Below, piece after piece: positions 42,347 through 51,261 of a stretch of DNA of 64,000 nt. A program made the translations under genes and the position numbers. This DNA comes from an uncultured Acidobacteriota bacterium (lineage in GTDB: Bacteria; Acidobacteriota; Polarisedimenticolia; JACPZX01; DASXTC01), in assembly GCA_963806495.1 (NCBI GenBank), contig CAWDYA010000011.1, positions 435,801 through 499,800 of the forward strand, read 5' to 3'. The notes under the pieces were generated by a model. It saw only the letters and a program-made list of their open reading frames with translations, searched no databases and was not told where the DNA came from. Position 1 is the stretch's first letter; the number at the start of each line of letters is the position of its first letter.

Positions 42347-43138
42347 TCAGCGGCCCCGGAACACCGGGTCGCGTTTCTCACGAAACGCCTTCAGCGCTTC
42401 GAGACGATCCTCCGTCGGGAGGACCCCCTCATAGCATCGGCGCTCGATGTCGAGCGCCTCGGACATCGGTCAATCGGCCCCCTCGTCGATGGCGCGCTTG
42501 GCGAGGCGGATGGCCAGGGGGCCGTTGCGGTCGATCCTGTCCGCGATGGCGAGGGCGGCGCCGAGTCCCTGGCCCGCGCCCACGACCTGGTCCACCACGC
42601 CGTCGGCCAGCGCTTCGGCGGCCGTGTGCATCGCGGCGGTGAAGATCCAGAGCTTGGCGCGCGACGCGCCGATCAGCCGCGGCAGCCTCTGCGTGCCGCC
42701 GGCCCCGGGGATGATCGCCAGCGCCGTCTCGCGCAGCCCGAGCGAGGCCTGCTCCTCGGCGACGCGCATGTCGCAGGAGAGCGCCAGCTCGAGGCCACCA
42801 CCGGCCGCCACGCCGGCGACGACGCCGACGACCGGCACCGGCAGCGACGCGATGCGCGTGAAGGTGGCCGACAGGTACGGGACCCACTGTGCCACGTCCT
42901 GCTCGGACATCGTCTGACGCTCCTTGAGATCCGCGCCCGCGCAGAAGCACTTGCCCGCGGCCGTGAGCACCACGACGCGCGGCGCGTCTTCACCCCGGTC
43001 CTGCTCGATCCACGCGCAGACGGAGTTGAGGTCCTCGACGAGCACGCGTCCGAGCGCGTTGACGGGAGGACGGTCGATCGTCAGCACGATAATGCCGCCC
43101 TCTCGCGGCTCGACCCGGACGTGCTTCGTCTGCGTCAT
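42347..43138 (-). pseudogene. Enoyl-CoA hydratase/isomerase (crotonase) with an in-frame TGA at 42470-42472
   Basis: Crotonase motifs FCAGADLKE and GGGLELALSCDMRVA. After the TGA the same frame continues with the canonical C-terminus PMSEALDIERRCYEGVLPTEDRLEALKAFREKRDPVFRGR-stop (42347). Confidence 0.8.
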
Positions 43139-43151
43139 GGCCGGGGCTCCG

Positions 43152-43544
43152 TCATACGGCCGGCCGCTCCACACCCGGGTACTCGCCCCCGGCGGGGCCG
43201 GACAGCGGTGGCGTGTAGTCCTCTGGCACCTCGATCTCCATCATCAGCAGCGCCATGCCGTGGGTCTTGCCCTGCGCGTCGGTGCGCAGGCTCGCGCTGC
43301 CGCCGCCGCCGAGCGAATCGTGCAGGATGAAGTTGAGCGCCCTCAGGTTCGGAACCTCGTACCGGTCGACCTCGCCGGCGACAATCTCGCCGAAGTGGGT
43401 CTTGACCTTCTCGGCCGTCACCTCGCGGCGGATGATCTCGTATCCCTTGTCGTCGTAGGCGATGAGGCCGACGTTGCTGCCGTCCCCTTTGTCGCCCGAC
43501 CGGGCATGCGCGAGCCGGTACAGCCGCATCCTGCGCGCGGTCAT
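43152..43544 (-). CDS. DUF4387 / AtuA-associated small subunit
   Basis: RLAHARSGDKGDGSNVGLIAY...ALNFILHDSLGGGGSASLRTD. ATGA-type overlap with the upstream DUF1446 gene. Confidence 0.75.
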   Translation of the reverse strand: MTARRMRLYRLAHARSGDKGDGSNVGLIAYDDKGYEIIRREVTAEKVKTHFGEIVAGEVDRYEVPNLRALNFILHDSLGGGGSASLRTDAQGKTHGMALLMMEIEVPEDYTPPLSGPAGGEYPGVERPAV

Positions 43545-44896
43545 ACCTCCTCCACCCGCACGTCGGCGCGCACCAGCGCCTTCGGGATGAGCGCCGGCCA
43601 GAAGGCGATCACCTCGGTGGCGCGGGGGCGGCCCCCCGCGAAGCCCGTGATCCCCGGCGGGCCCGACGTCACCAGCGGCGCGATCTCCTTGCCGAAGCGG
43701 TCGACCTTGAGGCGGTCCTGATCCTTCACGCCCACGCGCAACACCACCTCGACGGGCGGCGTGGTGGTGCGGGCGACCTTGCCGTGGCAGGCGCCCGCTC
43801 CCACGAACTCCGTGTGCGTCTCGTCATAGCCCAGACCTGCACGCTTCAGACGCCCCCACAGCGCGTCGGCCGCCACCTTCGCCTTCTCGAGCGCCTGCGG
43901 GCCCGAGACCGTGAGCTGCCCCACAGCGCTGTAGCCGGCCAGGTACGAGATCGAGACCTTGTAGGTGTCGGTGGCCGGCTCGCCGCGGATGTCGCTCACC
44001 GCCACCCGGTCGGGACCGTCCTGGGCGAGCTTCACGCTGGTGAAGTCGGCGATGACATCGGGGGTGATGTAGCGGGCGGGGTTTCCCATCTCGTAGGTGA
44101 GCTGCTCGGCCACCGAGTCGATCGTGACCAGACCGCCGGTGCCCTCGTGCTTGGTGACCACGAACGAGCCGGACGGCTCCGCCTCCACCACCGGGTAGCC
44201 GAGATGATCCCACCCCTCGACCTCCCACCAGCGGCTGAAGTTGCCCCCCGTGCACTGGGCGCCGCACTCGACGATGTGCCCCGCCACGGTGCCGGCCGCG
44301 AGCTGGTTCCAGTCGTCCTTGCGCCACTTGAACTCGTGGATCAGCGGGCCGACCACCAGCCCCGGGTCGGTGCTGCGCCCCGTGAGCACGATGCGCGCGC
44401 CGAGATCCAGCGCCTGGGCGATCGGGAAGGCCGACATGTAGACGTTGGCCGCCTGCACCCGGTCGCGGATCTCCGACAACGGCCGCCCATCGTCCATGTT
44501 GTCGAGCGACACCCCCTCGCTGAGGATCGCGTCGAGCCGGTCGAGGATGTCGTCACCCATCACCATCCCGACCTTGAGCCCCGTCGCCCCCCCCTCCCGG
44601 GCGACGGCCATGACCGCCCGCAGGCACGCCGCCGGGTTCACGCCCCCTGCGTTGGCCACGACCCGGATGTTCTTCTCCATCAGGTCGGGGAGGATCCGCT
44701 TGACCAGGTCGACGAAGTCGGTGGCATAGCCGCTGTGCCCCGTCTCGTCACGGCGCTTCAGCTTCTGCATGATCGACATGGTGACCTCGGCCAGGTAGTC
44801 GAGGGTGAGGTAGTCGAGGGGGCCCTCCCGGACCAGACGCACGGGCGCGTCCACCGAGTCGCCCCAGAATCCCTGGCCGTTCGCGATGCGGATCAT
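43541..44896 (-). CDS. Acyclic terpene utilisation AtuA-family protein (DUF1446)
   Basis: MIRIANGQGFWGDSVDAPVRLVREGPLDYLTLDYLAEVTMSI... over 451 aa. Confidence 0.8.
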   Translation of the reverse strand: MIRIANGQGFWGDSVDAPVRLVREGPLDYLTLDYLAEVTMSIMQKLKRRDETGHSGYATDFVDLVKRILPDLMEKNIRVVANAGGVNPAACLRAVMAVAREGGATGLKVGMVMGDDILDRLDAILSEGVSLDNMDDGRPLSEIRDRVQAANVYMSAFPIAQALDLGARIVLTGRSTDPGLVVGPLIHEFKWRKDDWNQLAAGTVAGHIVECGAQCTGGNFSRWWEVEGWDHLGYPVVEAEPSGSFVVTKHEGTGGLVTIDSVAEQLTYEMGNPARYITPDVIADFTSVKLAQDGPDRVAVSDIRGEPATDTYKVSISYLAGYSAVGQLTVSGPQALEKAKVAADALWGRLKRAGLGYDETHTEFVGAGACHGKVARTTTPPVEVVLRVGVKDQDRLKVDRFGKEIAPLVTSGPPGITGFAGGRPRATEVIAFWPALIPKALVRADVRVEEV

Positions 44897-45212
44897 GCCT
44901 GGTCCTGCCTCCCCCTGCCGCCGGCCGGTGCGGTCCGGCGGCGAGCGGCCATTATAGCCCAGGCGGCTGTGGGGCCGGCCGGAGGGCGGCGGGCGCGGCG
45001 GGAGGACGGAGTAGCCATCGGCTTCACGACGACGCGGAGCACCTCACGCACTGAGGAGCAGGTCGATGAGAAGGCACCCTCTTCCAGGGGGCGGCCTTCC
45101 GGCGTATGCTCGGCTGGCGGCGGCCGTCGGGATCGGCGCGGCTTTCGTCCGCACTCTCGACCGCCACGAGTGAGCAGAGGTGCTGGCCGCCAGGGCGTTA
45201 CCGGGAGATTGA

Positions 45213-45831
45213 ATGAGTCTTTTCTACAGATTCCAGTATCTGATCGGCATGACACCGTGGGAGCGGATGCCGTCACTTCCCATAGGAGAACAGGCCGTCG
45301 CGCTCCTTGACCGAGAGGAGGCCGGTCGAGAACCGCCCTACGGGCGCGCTCTCGAATCTGGGATGCGGCACGGGCTTCTGGTCGGTTCGCCTGGCTCAAC
45401 GCGGGTGGGAGGTAGCCGGCGTCGACATCGTGCCGAAGGCGGTGCGCCTCGCCCGCGAACGCGCCCGTAAAGCGGGCGTCAAGGGTCTATTCGTCGAAGG
45501 GACCATCACAGCGCTCTCGGCCGCAGGCGTCGGCTCGAGGTTTCGCCTCATCCTGGACTTTGGCGTCGTACATGGCCTCCCGCCCGAGGACGTCCACGCG
45601 GTAGGCCGCGAAGTCACGGCAGTGGCCACCGAGGACGCTACGCTCCTGATGTACGCGTTCTCGCCAGGTCGCAGAGGCCCCCTCCCGCGAGGGATCAGTC
45701 GGGAAGAGATCGAACGAGCTTATGGGGGATGGACGATCACCCACGAGGAAGCATTCGTGCTGGCCGGGGCCCCCCGTTTCGTGCAGAAAGCACACCCACG
45801 TTTTTACTGCCTTCGCCCCGAACGATCGTGA
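45213..45831 (+). pseudogene. Class I SAM-dependent methyltransferase; one +1 frame disruption as assembled
   Basis: N-terminus MSLFYRFQYLIGMTPWE...PPYGRAL in one frame. Motif I LGCGTGFWSVRLAQRGWEVAGVD follows in another frame from ~45354. Span 619 = 3n+1. Confidence 0.75.
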
Positions 45832-45904
45832 TCGCGCTCTGGCAGCAGGACCACGTCGCTTCATCGGCGGGGCGTCGGCCATCAAAGCAAATGGAGGTCC
45901 GGAA

Positions 45905-46555
45905 ATGACGCGAGTCCGGGTGGAGAGCTTCACCATCTCACTTGACGGCTACGGAGCTGGGCCGGATCAGGGCATCAACAACCCGCTCGGGGTCGGCGGG
46001 ACGGACCTGCACCAGTGGCTTATTCCGACGCGCACCTTCCAGCGGATCCACGGCACCGGCGATGGCGCGACCGGCATCGACGATGACTTCGCGGCACGCG
46101 GGTTCCAGGACATCGGTGCCTGGATTCTCGGGAGGAACATGTTTGGACCGGTTCGCGGGCCCTGGGCGGACCCAAGCTGGAAGGGTTGGTGGGGTGACAA
46201 CCCACCCTATCGCGTTCCTGTCTTCGTCCTGACGCATCACGCGCGCGCGCCGATTGAGATGGAAGGCGGAACCACGTTCCACTTCGTCACGCAGGGCATT
46301 CACGAAGCTCTCGAGCAAGCGCGCCGCGCGGCCAACGGGCTCGACGTGCGCATTGGCGGTGGGCCAAACACGATACAGCAGTATCTTCGGGCGGGCCTCA
46401 TTGACATGATGCACTTCGCCATTTCGCCGGTGCTCCTGGGACAGGGCGAGCGGTTGTTCGATGGGGTGGACCTTCGAGCCGGGGGATACGAATGCGTCCA
46501 GGTCACCCCGTCCGAGAAGGCGACCCACGTAGTCCTCCGACGCCATGGGCAATGA
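45905..46555 (+). CDS. Dihydrofolate-reductase-family (RibD C-terminal domain) protein
   Basis: ATG 45905 after GGAGG. VESFTISLDGYGAGPDQ...FVLTHHAR...RIGGGPNTIQQYLRAGLIDMMHFAISPVLLGQGERLF. Confidence 0.75.
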   Translation: MTRVRVESFTISLDGYGAGPDQGINNPLGVGGTDLHQWLIPTRTFQRIHGTGDGATGIDDDFAARGFQDIGAWILGRNMFGPVRGPWADPSWKGWWGDNPPYRVPVFVLTHHARAPIEMEGGTTFHFVTQGIHEALEQARRAANGLDVRIGGGPNTIQQYLRAGLIDMMHFAISPVLLGQGERLFDGVDLRAGGYECVQVTPSEKATHVVLRRHGQ

Positions 46556-46755
46556 CGGCCAACAGCCGGTCGCTGCGGACGACCCGCGGCGCGATCAGCC
46601 GCTGGTCATGCTGAGCGGGGAATACGCCCATGGGTGAGGCAGCCCGGGAGATCGTGTCCGACGACGGGATGCGTAGGGTGAGCATCTTTCGCCGCGAGGT
46701 TGGGACCACCCCCCCTTCGTTGCCTCTCCCCACCGCGCGCGGATAGAATGATCGG

Positions 46756-48153
46756 ATGTTCCGACGCGTGATGGTGGCGAACCGGGGTGAGATCGCGGCG
46801 CGGATCCTCAGGGCCTGCCGCGAGATGGGGATCGAGACGGTCGCGGTGCACTCCACGGCCGATGCCGGCTCTCCGCACCTGAAGCTGGCCGACCGGGCGA
46901 TCTGCATCGGGCCGCCGCCGGCCGCACGCTCGTACCTGGACATGGACGCGGTGCTGCAGGCGGCCGAGCAGACCGAGTGCCAGGCGGTGCACCCTGGCTA
47001 CGGCTTCCTGGCCGAGAACCCGATCTTCGCGGCCCGGTGCGCGGCGCAGAGCCTGACCTTCATCGGCCCGTCTCCCCGACTCATCCGCCTCATGGGCGAC
47101 AAGATCGAGGCGCGCAGGACCATGAAGGCGGCGGGGCTGCCCACGATCCCGGGCTCCGAGGGGGTCGTCGCCGACGCAAAGACGGCGGCCCGTCTGGCGA
47201 AGGAGGTCGGCTACCCGGTGTTCCTCAAGGCGTCGGCCGGGGGCGGCGGCAAGGGGATGCGCCGGTGCGACGACGAGGCGGCGCTGAAGACGGGGTTCGC
47301 CGAAGCATCCAACGAGGCGGAGAAGGCGTTCGGCAACCCGGCGCTGTACCTCGAGAAAGCCATCGTGGGAGGCCGGCACATCGAGTTCCAGGTGCTGGTC
47401 GATACCTGGGGCAACGCCGTACACCTGGGCGAGCGCGAGTGCTCGGTGCAGCGGCATCATCAGAAGCTGGTGGAGGAGTCCCCTTCCCCCGCGGTGGACG
47501 GGAAGACCCGTCGCGCGATGGGCGAGCGGGTGGCCTCGGTGGTGGCGCGGCTCGGCTACGTCAACGCGGGCACGGTGGAGTTCCTGCGCGACGCCGACGG
47601 CTCGCTCTACTTCATGGAGATGAACACACGGCTCCAGGTGGAGCACCCGGTGACCGAGGCGATCACGGGCGTGGACATCGTGCACGAGCAGATCCGGATC
47701 GCCGCCAACGAGCGGCTGGGGCTGGCGCAGAAGGATGTCTCCTTCTCCGGCCACGCCATCGAGTGCCGTCTCAATGCGGAGGACCCGGACGACAACTTCC
47801 GCCCGTCGCCCGGCACCATCACCCGCTTCGACGTCCCGCCCGGCGTGCGTCTCGACACGCACATCAGCCTCGACGGGTCGGCCCCCGGCGACGGGGTGAC
47901 GATCCCTCCTTACTACGACTCGCTCATCGGCAAGCTGATCGTCCACGCCGCGAGCCGCCCGAAAGCGATCGCCGCGGCCACCGAGGCGCTGAGAAAGCTG
48001 CGCATCGAGGGGATCAGGACCACGATCGGCCTTCATCTGCGGATCCTCGCCGACGCCGCCTTCGCCGCGGGCGACTACGACGTCACGCTGCTGGATTCGA
48101 TGAACGCACCGGTACCGCCCGCCCGGGGCGGTGCCACCAGTAGGAGGCGCTGA
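46756..48153 (+). CDS. accC: Biotin carboxylase subunit of an acyl-CoA carboxylase
   Basis: MFRRVMVANRGEIAARILRACREMGIETVAVHS..., ATP-grasp GGGGKGMR, EMNTRLQVEHPVTE. Confidence 0.9.
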   Translation: MFRRVMVANRGEIAARILRACREMGIETVAVHSTADAGSPHLKLADRAICIGPPPAARSYLDMDAVLQAAEQTECQAVHPGYGFLAENPIFAARCAAQSLTFIGPSPRLIRLMGDKIEARRTMKAAGLPTIPGSEGVVADAKTAARLAKEVGYPVFLKASAGGGGKGMRRCDDEAALKTGFAEASNEAEKAFGNPALYLEKAIVGGRHIEFQVLVDTWGNAVHLGERECSVQRHHQKLVEESPSPAVDGKTRRAMGERVASVVARLGYVNAGTVEFLRDADGSLYFMEMNTRLQVEHPVTEAITGVDIVHEQIRIAANERLGLAQKDVSFSGHAIECRLNAEDPDDNFRPSPGTITRFDVPPGVRLDTHISLDGSAPGDGVTIPPYYDSLIGKLIVHAASRPKAIAAATEALRKLRIEGIRTTIGLHLRILADAAFAAGDYDVTLLDSMNAPVPPARGGATSRRR

Positions 48154-48159
48154 CCCGCC

Positions 48160-48540
48160 ATGATGAAGGCGCTCATCGTCGGGGCCGGCGGCTTTCTCGG
48201 AGCGATCACGCGCTACGGCCTGTCGGGCTTCGTGCACCGGTTCGCCAGCGGGCTCTTCCCTTTCGGGACACTGGTCGTAAACCTGATGGGGTGCTTCCTG
48301 ATCGGGGGGCTGATGTCGCTCGTGGAGGATCGCCAGCTTCTCGCGCCCGGCACGCGGCTGTTTCTGGCGATCGGCTTTCTCGGCTCGTTCACGACGTTTT
48401 CCACCTTCAGCTACGAAACGCTCGAGCTGATGCGTCACGGCTCGATGCGGCTGGCCGCATGGAATATCGGCGGCAGCGTGATCCTCGGCCTGGCCGCGGT
48501 GGCGGCCGGGTGGGGCACGGCGCGGGCGATCCTGTCATGA
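48160..48540 (+). CDS. crcB: Fluoride channel CrcB/FluC
   Basis: GGFLGAITRY, FPFGTLVVNLMGCFLIG, GFLGSFTTFSTFSYE. 126 aa, four TMs. Confidence 0.9.
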   Translation: MMKALIVGAGGFLGAITRYGLSGFVHRFASGLFPFGTLVVNLMGCFLIGGLMSLVEDRQLLAPGTRLFLAIGFLGSFTTFSTFSYETLELMRHGSMRLAAWNIGGSVILGLAAVAAGWGTARAILS

Positions 48541-48550
48541 GGAGACGGCG

Positions 48551-48913
48551 ATGAAGCTCGAGGGCGAAGGACAGCTCCTGCGGATATTCATTGGCGAGGC
48601 CGACCGCTGGGAGGGGCGCCCCCTGTACGAGGCGATCGTGATGAAGGCGCGCGAGGAGGGGATCGCCGGGGCAACGGTGATGCGGGGGCTCGAAGGATAC
48701 GGAGCGCACAGCCGCATCCATACCGCCAGCATCCTGCGGCTGTCGCAGGACCTGCCGGTGATCATCGAGATCGTGGACAGCCCGGAGGCTATCTCCCGGA
48801 TCCTGCCGATCCTGGACGGCATGGTGGACGAGGGGATGATCACGGTCGAGAAGGCGCACATCATCGCCTACCGCCATGGCAACGGCACCGCACCGGGCAA
48901 GGGAAAGAGCTGA
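48551..48913 (+). CDS. DUF190 (PII-like) protein commonly paired with crcB
   Basis: [43 protein letters not shown]. Confidence 0.8.
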   Translation: MKLEGEGQLLRIFIGEADRWEGRPLYEAIVMKAREEGIAGATVMRGLEGYGAHSRIHTASILRLSQDLPVIIEIVDSPEAISRILPILDGMVDEGMITVEKAHIIAYRHGNGTAPGKGKS

Positions 48914-50637
48914 TGGCCAAGGTGATCCTCGAGCCGATCGGCGATCCTCTCGAGCGCGTCCACGACCAGGCGACCGCGGCCGACAACGCCGCCGCCATGC
49001 GCCCGCTCGCCGACTCGCTTCAGGAAAAGCGCGTCGCCGTGCGCGACGGATGGGGCCCCGAGTACGCCAGGCGCGTGCACGACAAGGGTCGCCTGACCAC
49101 CTGGGAGCGGATAGAGAAGCTCAAGGACCCGGGCACGCCGGTGCAGCCGATCGGCACGCTGGTGAACCACGGCGTCACCTTCGGCGAGAAGAAGCAGACA
49201 TCGCCGGGCGCGGGCGTGGTCACCGCCTTCGTGCGGGTGTGCGGGCGCCTCACCGTGGTGATCGCCAACGACAACACGGTGGCCTCGGGCTCCTGGTGGC
49301 CCCTCACCCCCGAGAAGATCCAGCGCGCGCAGGAGATCGCGCTGCGGCTGCGCGCTCCGGTCATCTATCTGGTGGACTGCAGCGGTCTGTTCCTCCCCGA
49401 GCAGTCGCACACCTTTCCGGGCCGTGCCGGCGCGGGTGCGATATTCAAGATGAACTCCCTGCTGTCGGACGCCGGTGTGCCGCAGATCGCCGGCGTGCTG
49501 GGCGACTCGATCGCCGGCGGCGGGTACATGCCGATCATCAGCGATGTCGTCTACATGACCGAGCAGGCGTACATGGTGATCGCGGGCGCCGCGCTGGTGA
49601 AGGGGGGCAAGTCGCAGAAGATCACGTCGCTGACGATCGGCGGCCCCGACGTGCACGTGCACCTGTCGGCCTGCGCCGACCACCGGGTGCCCGACGACGA
49701 GACCTGTGTCGCCAGCATCCGGGCCGAGATCGGCCGGCTGCCGGGCTCGGCGGCCGACTACTACCGCCGCGGGGCCGCGCCCGAGCCGCCGCGGTACGAC
49801 CCGGCCGAGATCGACGCGTTGTTCCCGCGCGACTATCGAATGGTCTACGACGTGCGGCAGGTGATCGCGAGGCTCGTCGACTCGAGTCTCTTCTGGGAGG
49901 TGCTGCCGAAGGCGGGCCGCGAGATGATCTGCGGCGTGGGGCGGATCGGCGGCCTGTACGCCGGGATCATCGCCAACAACCAGCTTCTCACCGAGCACCC
50001 GGACCACCAGCGATCCAGCCGCCCGGGTGGGATCCTCTACCGCGAGGGGATCGCCAAGATCTCGATCTTCTCGCGAGCCTGCAACGACGACGGGCTGCCG
50101 ATCGTCTGGCTGCAGGACATCTCCGGCTTCGACATCGGCGTGGAGGCCGAGAAGCAGGGGCTGCTCGGCTACGGGTCGAGCCTCATCTACACAAACTCCA
50201 CCAACACCACGCCGATGGTCACGGTGCTGCTGCGCAAGGCCTCGGGCGCGGGCTACTACGCCATGGCCGGGATGCCGTACGCGCCGGTGCTGCAGCTCGC
50301 CACGCCGATCACGCGTCTGGCGGTAATGGAAGGGCGCACGCTGGCGATCGGGGCGTTCCGCACCAAGCTCGACGACAACTTCCGGATCGCGGTGGACGAC
50401 CCGGCCGAGGCGGAGAAGATCCGCAAGGGAATGGAGGCGGTCGAGGCTCGCATCACGAGCGACATGGACCCGGTGCTGGCGGCACGGCAGATGGACATCG
50501 ACGAGGTGGTGCCGATGCCCGACATCCGCGGGTATCTCGAGACGATTGTGGAGATGTCGTACCAGGCGTACGGCTACCGGCGGGTGAAGAACTCCCGCAT
50601 CTGGTCGCTGCACGATCTCAAGGCGCTCACATCATGA
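48913..50637 (+). CDS. Acyl-CoA carboxylase carboxyltransferase (beta) subunit
   Basis: TGATG overlap with the upstream stop. [39 protein letters not shown]. 574 aa. Confidence 0.85.
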   Translation: MAKVILEPIGDPLERVHDQATAADNAAAMRPLADSLQEKRVAVRDGWGPEYARRVHDKGRLTTWERIEKLKDPGTPVQPIGTLVNHGVTFGEKKQTSPGAGVVTAFVRVCGRLTVVIANDNTVASGSWWPLTPEKIQRAQEIALRLRAPVIYLVDCSGLFLPEQSHTFPGRAGAGAIFKMNSLLSDAGVPQIAGVLGDSIAGGGYMPIISDVVYMTEQAYMVIAGAALVKGGKSQKITSLTIGGPDVHVHLSACADHRVPDDETCVASIRAEIGRLPGSAADYYRRGAAPEPPRYDPAEIDALFPRDYRMVYDVRQVIARLVDSSLFWEVLPKAGREMICGVGRIGGLYAGIIANNQLLTEHPDHQRSSRPGGILYREGIAKISIFSRACNDDGLPIVWLQDISGFDIGVEAEKQGLLGYGSSLIYTNSTNTTPMVTVLLRKASGAGYYAMAGMPYAPVLQLATPITRLAVMEGRTLAIGAFRTKLDDNFRIAVDDPAEAEKIRKGMEAVEARITSDMDPVLAARQMDIDEVVPMPDIRGYLETIVEMSYQAYGYRRVKNSRIWSLHDLKALTS

Positions 50638-51254
50638 GCATCTCGCACAGGGTTCTCGAGCTGCTGGCCGACCGCGACGGCGACGGGTGGCTGATCCGGG
50701 CGCCACGCGTCGGCATCTACCGCGAGGGCCCGCCCGCGGGGCGGTACCGCGCCGCGGGAGAGTCCGCCGGCCGGCTTCGTGTGCTGAACCGCACGATCGG
50801 CCTGGTGCTGCCCGCCGGTGTGGAAGGGCTCGTCGGCGACGTGAGGGTGAACGATCTGTCGGTGGCCGTGGAGTACGGCCAGCCTCTCTTCCGGCTGGAC
50901 CCGGCGGGTCTGTCGGCCGAGGGCGCCGCGCGCGAGACCGCCGGCGCGCCGGTGCCGGGCGCTGCGGCCTCCGAAGGGATCCCCGAGGGTTGCCACGCGG
51001 TGTTCAGCCCGATCGACGGGGTCTTCTACCGGCGCGGCTCCCCCGCCTCCCCGCCGTTCGTCGAAGCGGGGGCGATCATCGAGACCGGCGCGACCGTCGG
51101 GCTGGTCGAGGCGATGAAGAGCTTCAACGCCGTGGCATACGGCGGGCCCGGGCTGCCGCTGCGCGCCGAGGTGGTCGAGGTGCGGGCGGCCGACGCGGCG
51201 GAGGTGAGACAGGGCACCCTGCTGATCGTGGTGCGTGCGGCGCCGCCGAGCTGA
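50634..51254 (+). CDS. Biotin carboxyl carrier-like protein (biotinyl/lipoyl domain)
   Basis: ATGA overlap with the carboxyltransferase stop. C-terminal [13 protein letters not shown] biotinylation motif (EAMK). Confidence 0.75.
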   Translation: MSISHRVLELLADRDGDGWLIRAPRVGIYREGPPAGRYRAAGESAGRLRVLNRTIGLVLPAGVEGLVGDVRVNDLSVAVEYGQPLFRLDPAGLSAEGAARETAGAPVPGAAASEGIPEGCHAVFSPIDGVFYRRGSPASPPFVEAGAIIETGATVGLVEAMKSFNAVAYGGPGLPLRAEVVEVRAADAAEVRQGTLLIVVRAAPPS

Positions 51255-51261
51255 CCCGCAT

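Noticed and set aside
42470-42472. In-frame TGA in the crotonase gene as selenocysteine
   Set aside because: Crotonases are not known selenoproteins. The position lies in a helical, non-catalytic C-terminal region, and I see no convincing SECIS-like hairpin immediately downstream. An error or nonsense mutation is more parsimonious.
45700-46600. Lower-GC patches (here and at 6470-6700) as horizontally acquired islands or mobile elements
   Set aside because: No integrase, transposase, tRNA target or flanking direct repeats were seen. The GC impression is by eye only and was not computed.
48154-48159. Fluoride riboswitch upstream of crcB
   Set aside because: Only 6 nt separate the accC stop from the crcB start, so there is no space for the ~50-80-nt crcB RNA motif.
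46606-50613. Minus-strand ORFs 46606-48438 (610 aa) and 48868-50613 (581 aa)
   Set aside because: Antisense to accC and the carboxyltransferase gene; no recognisable domains.
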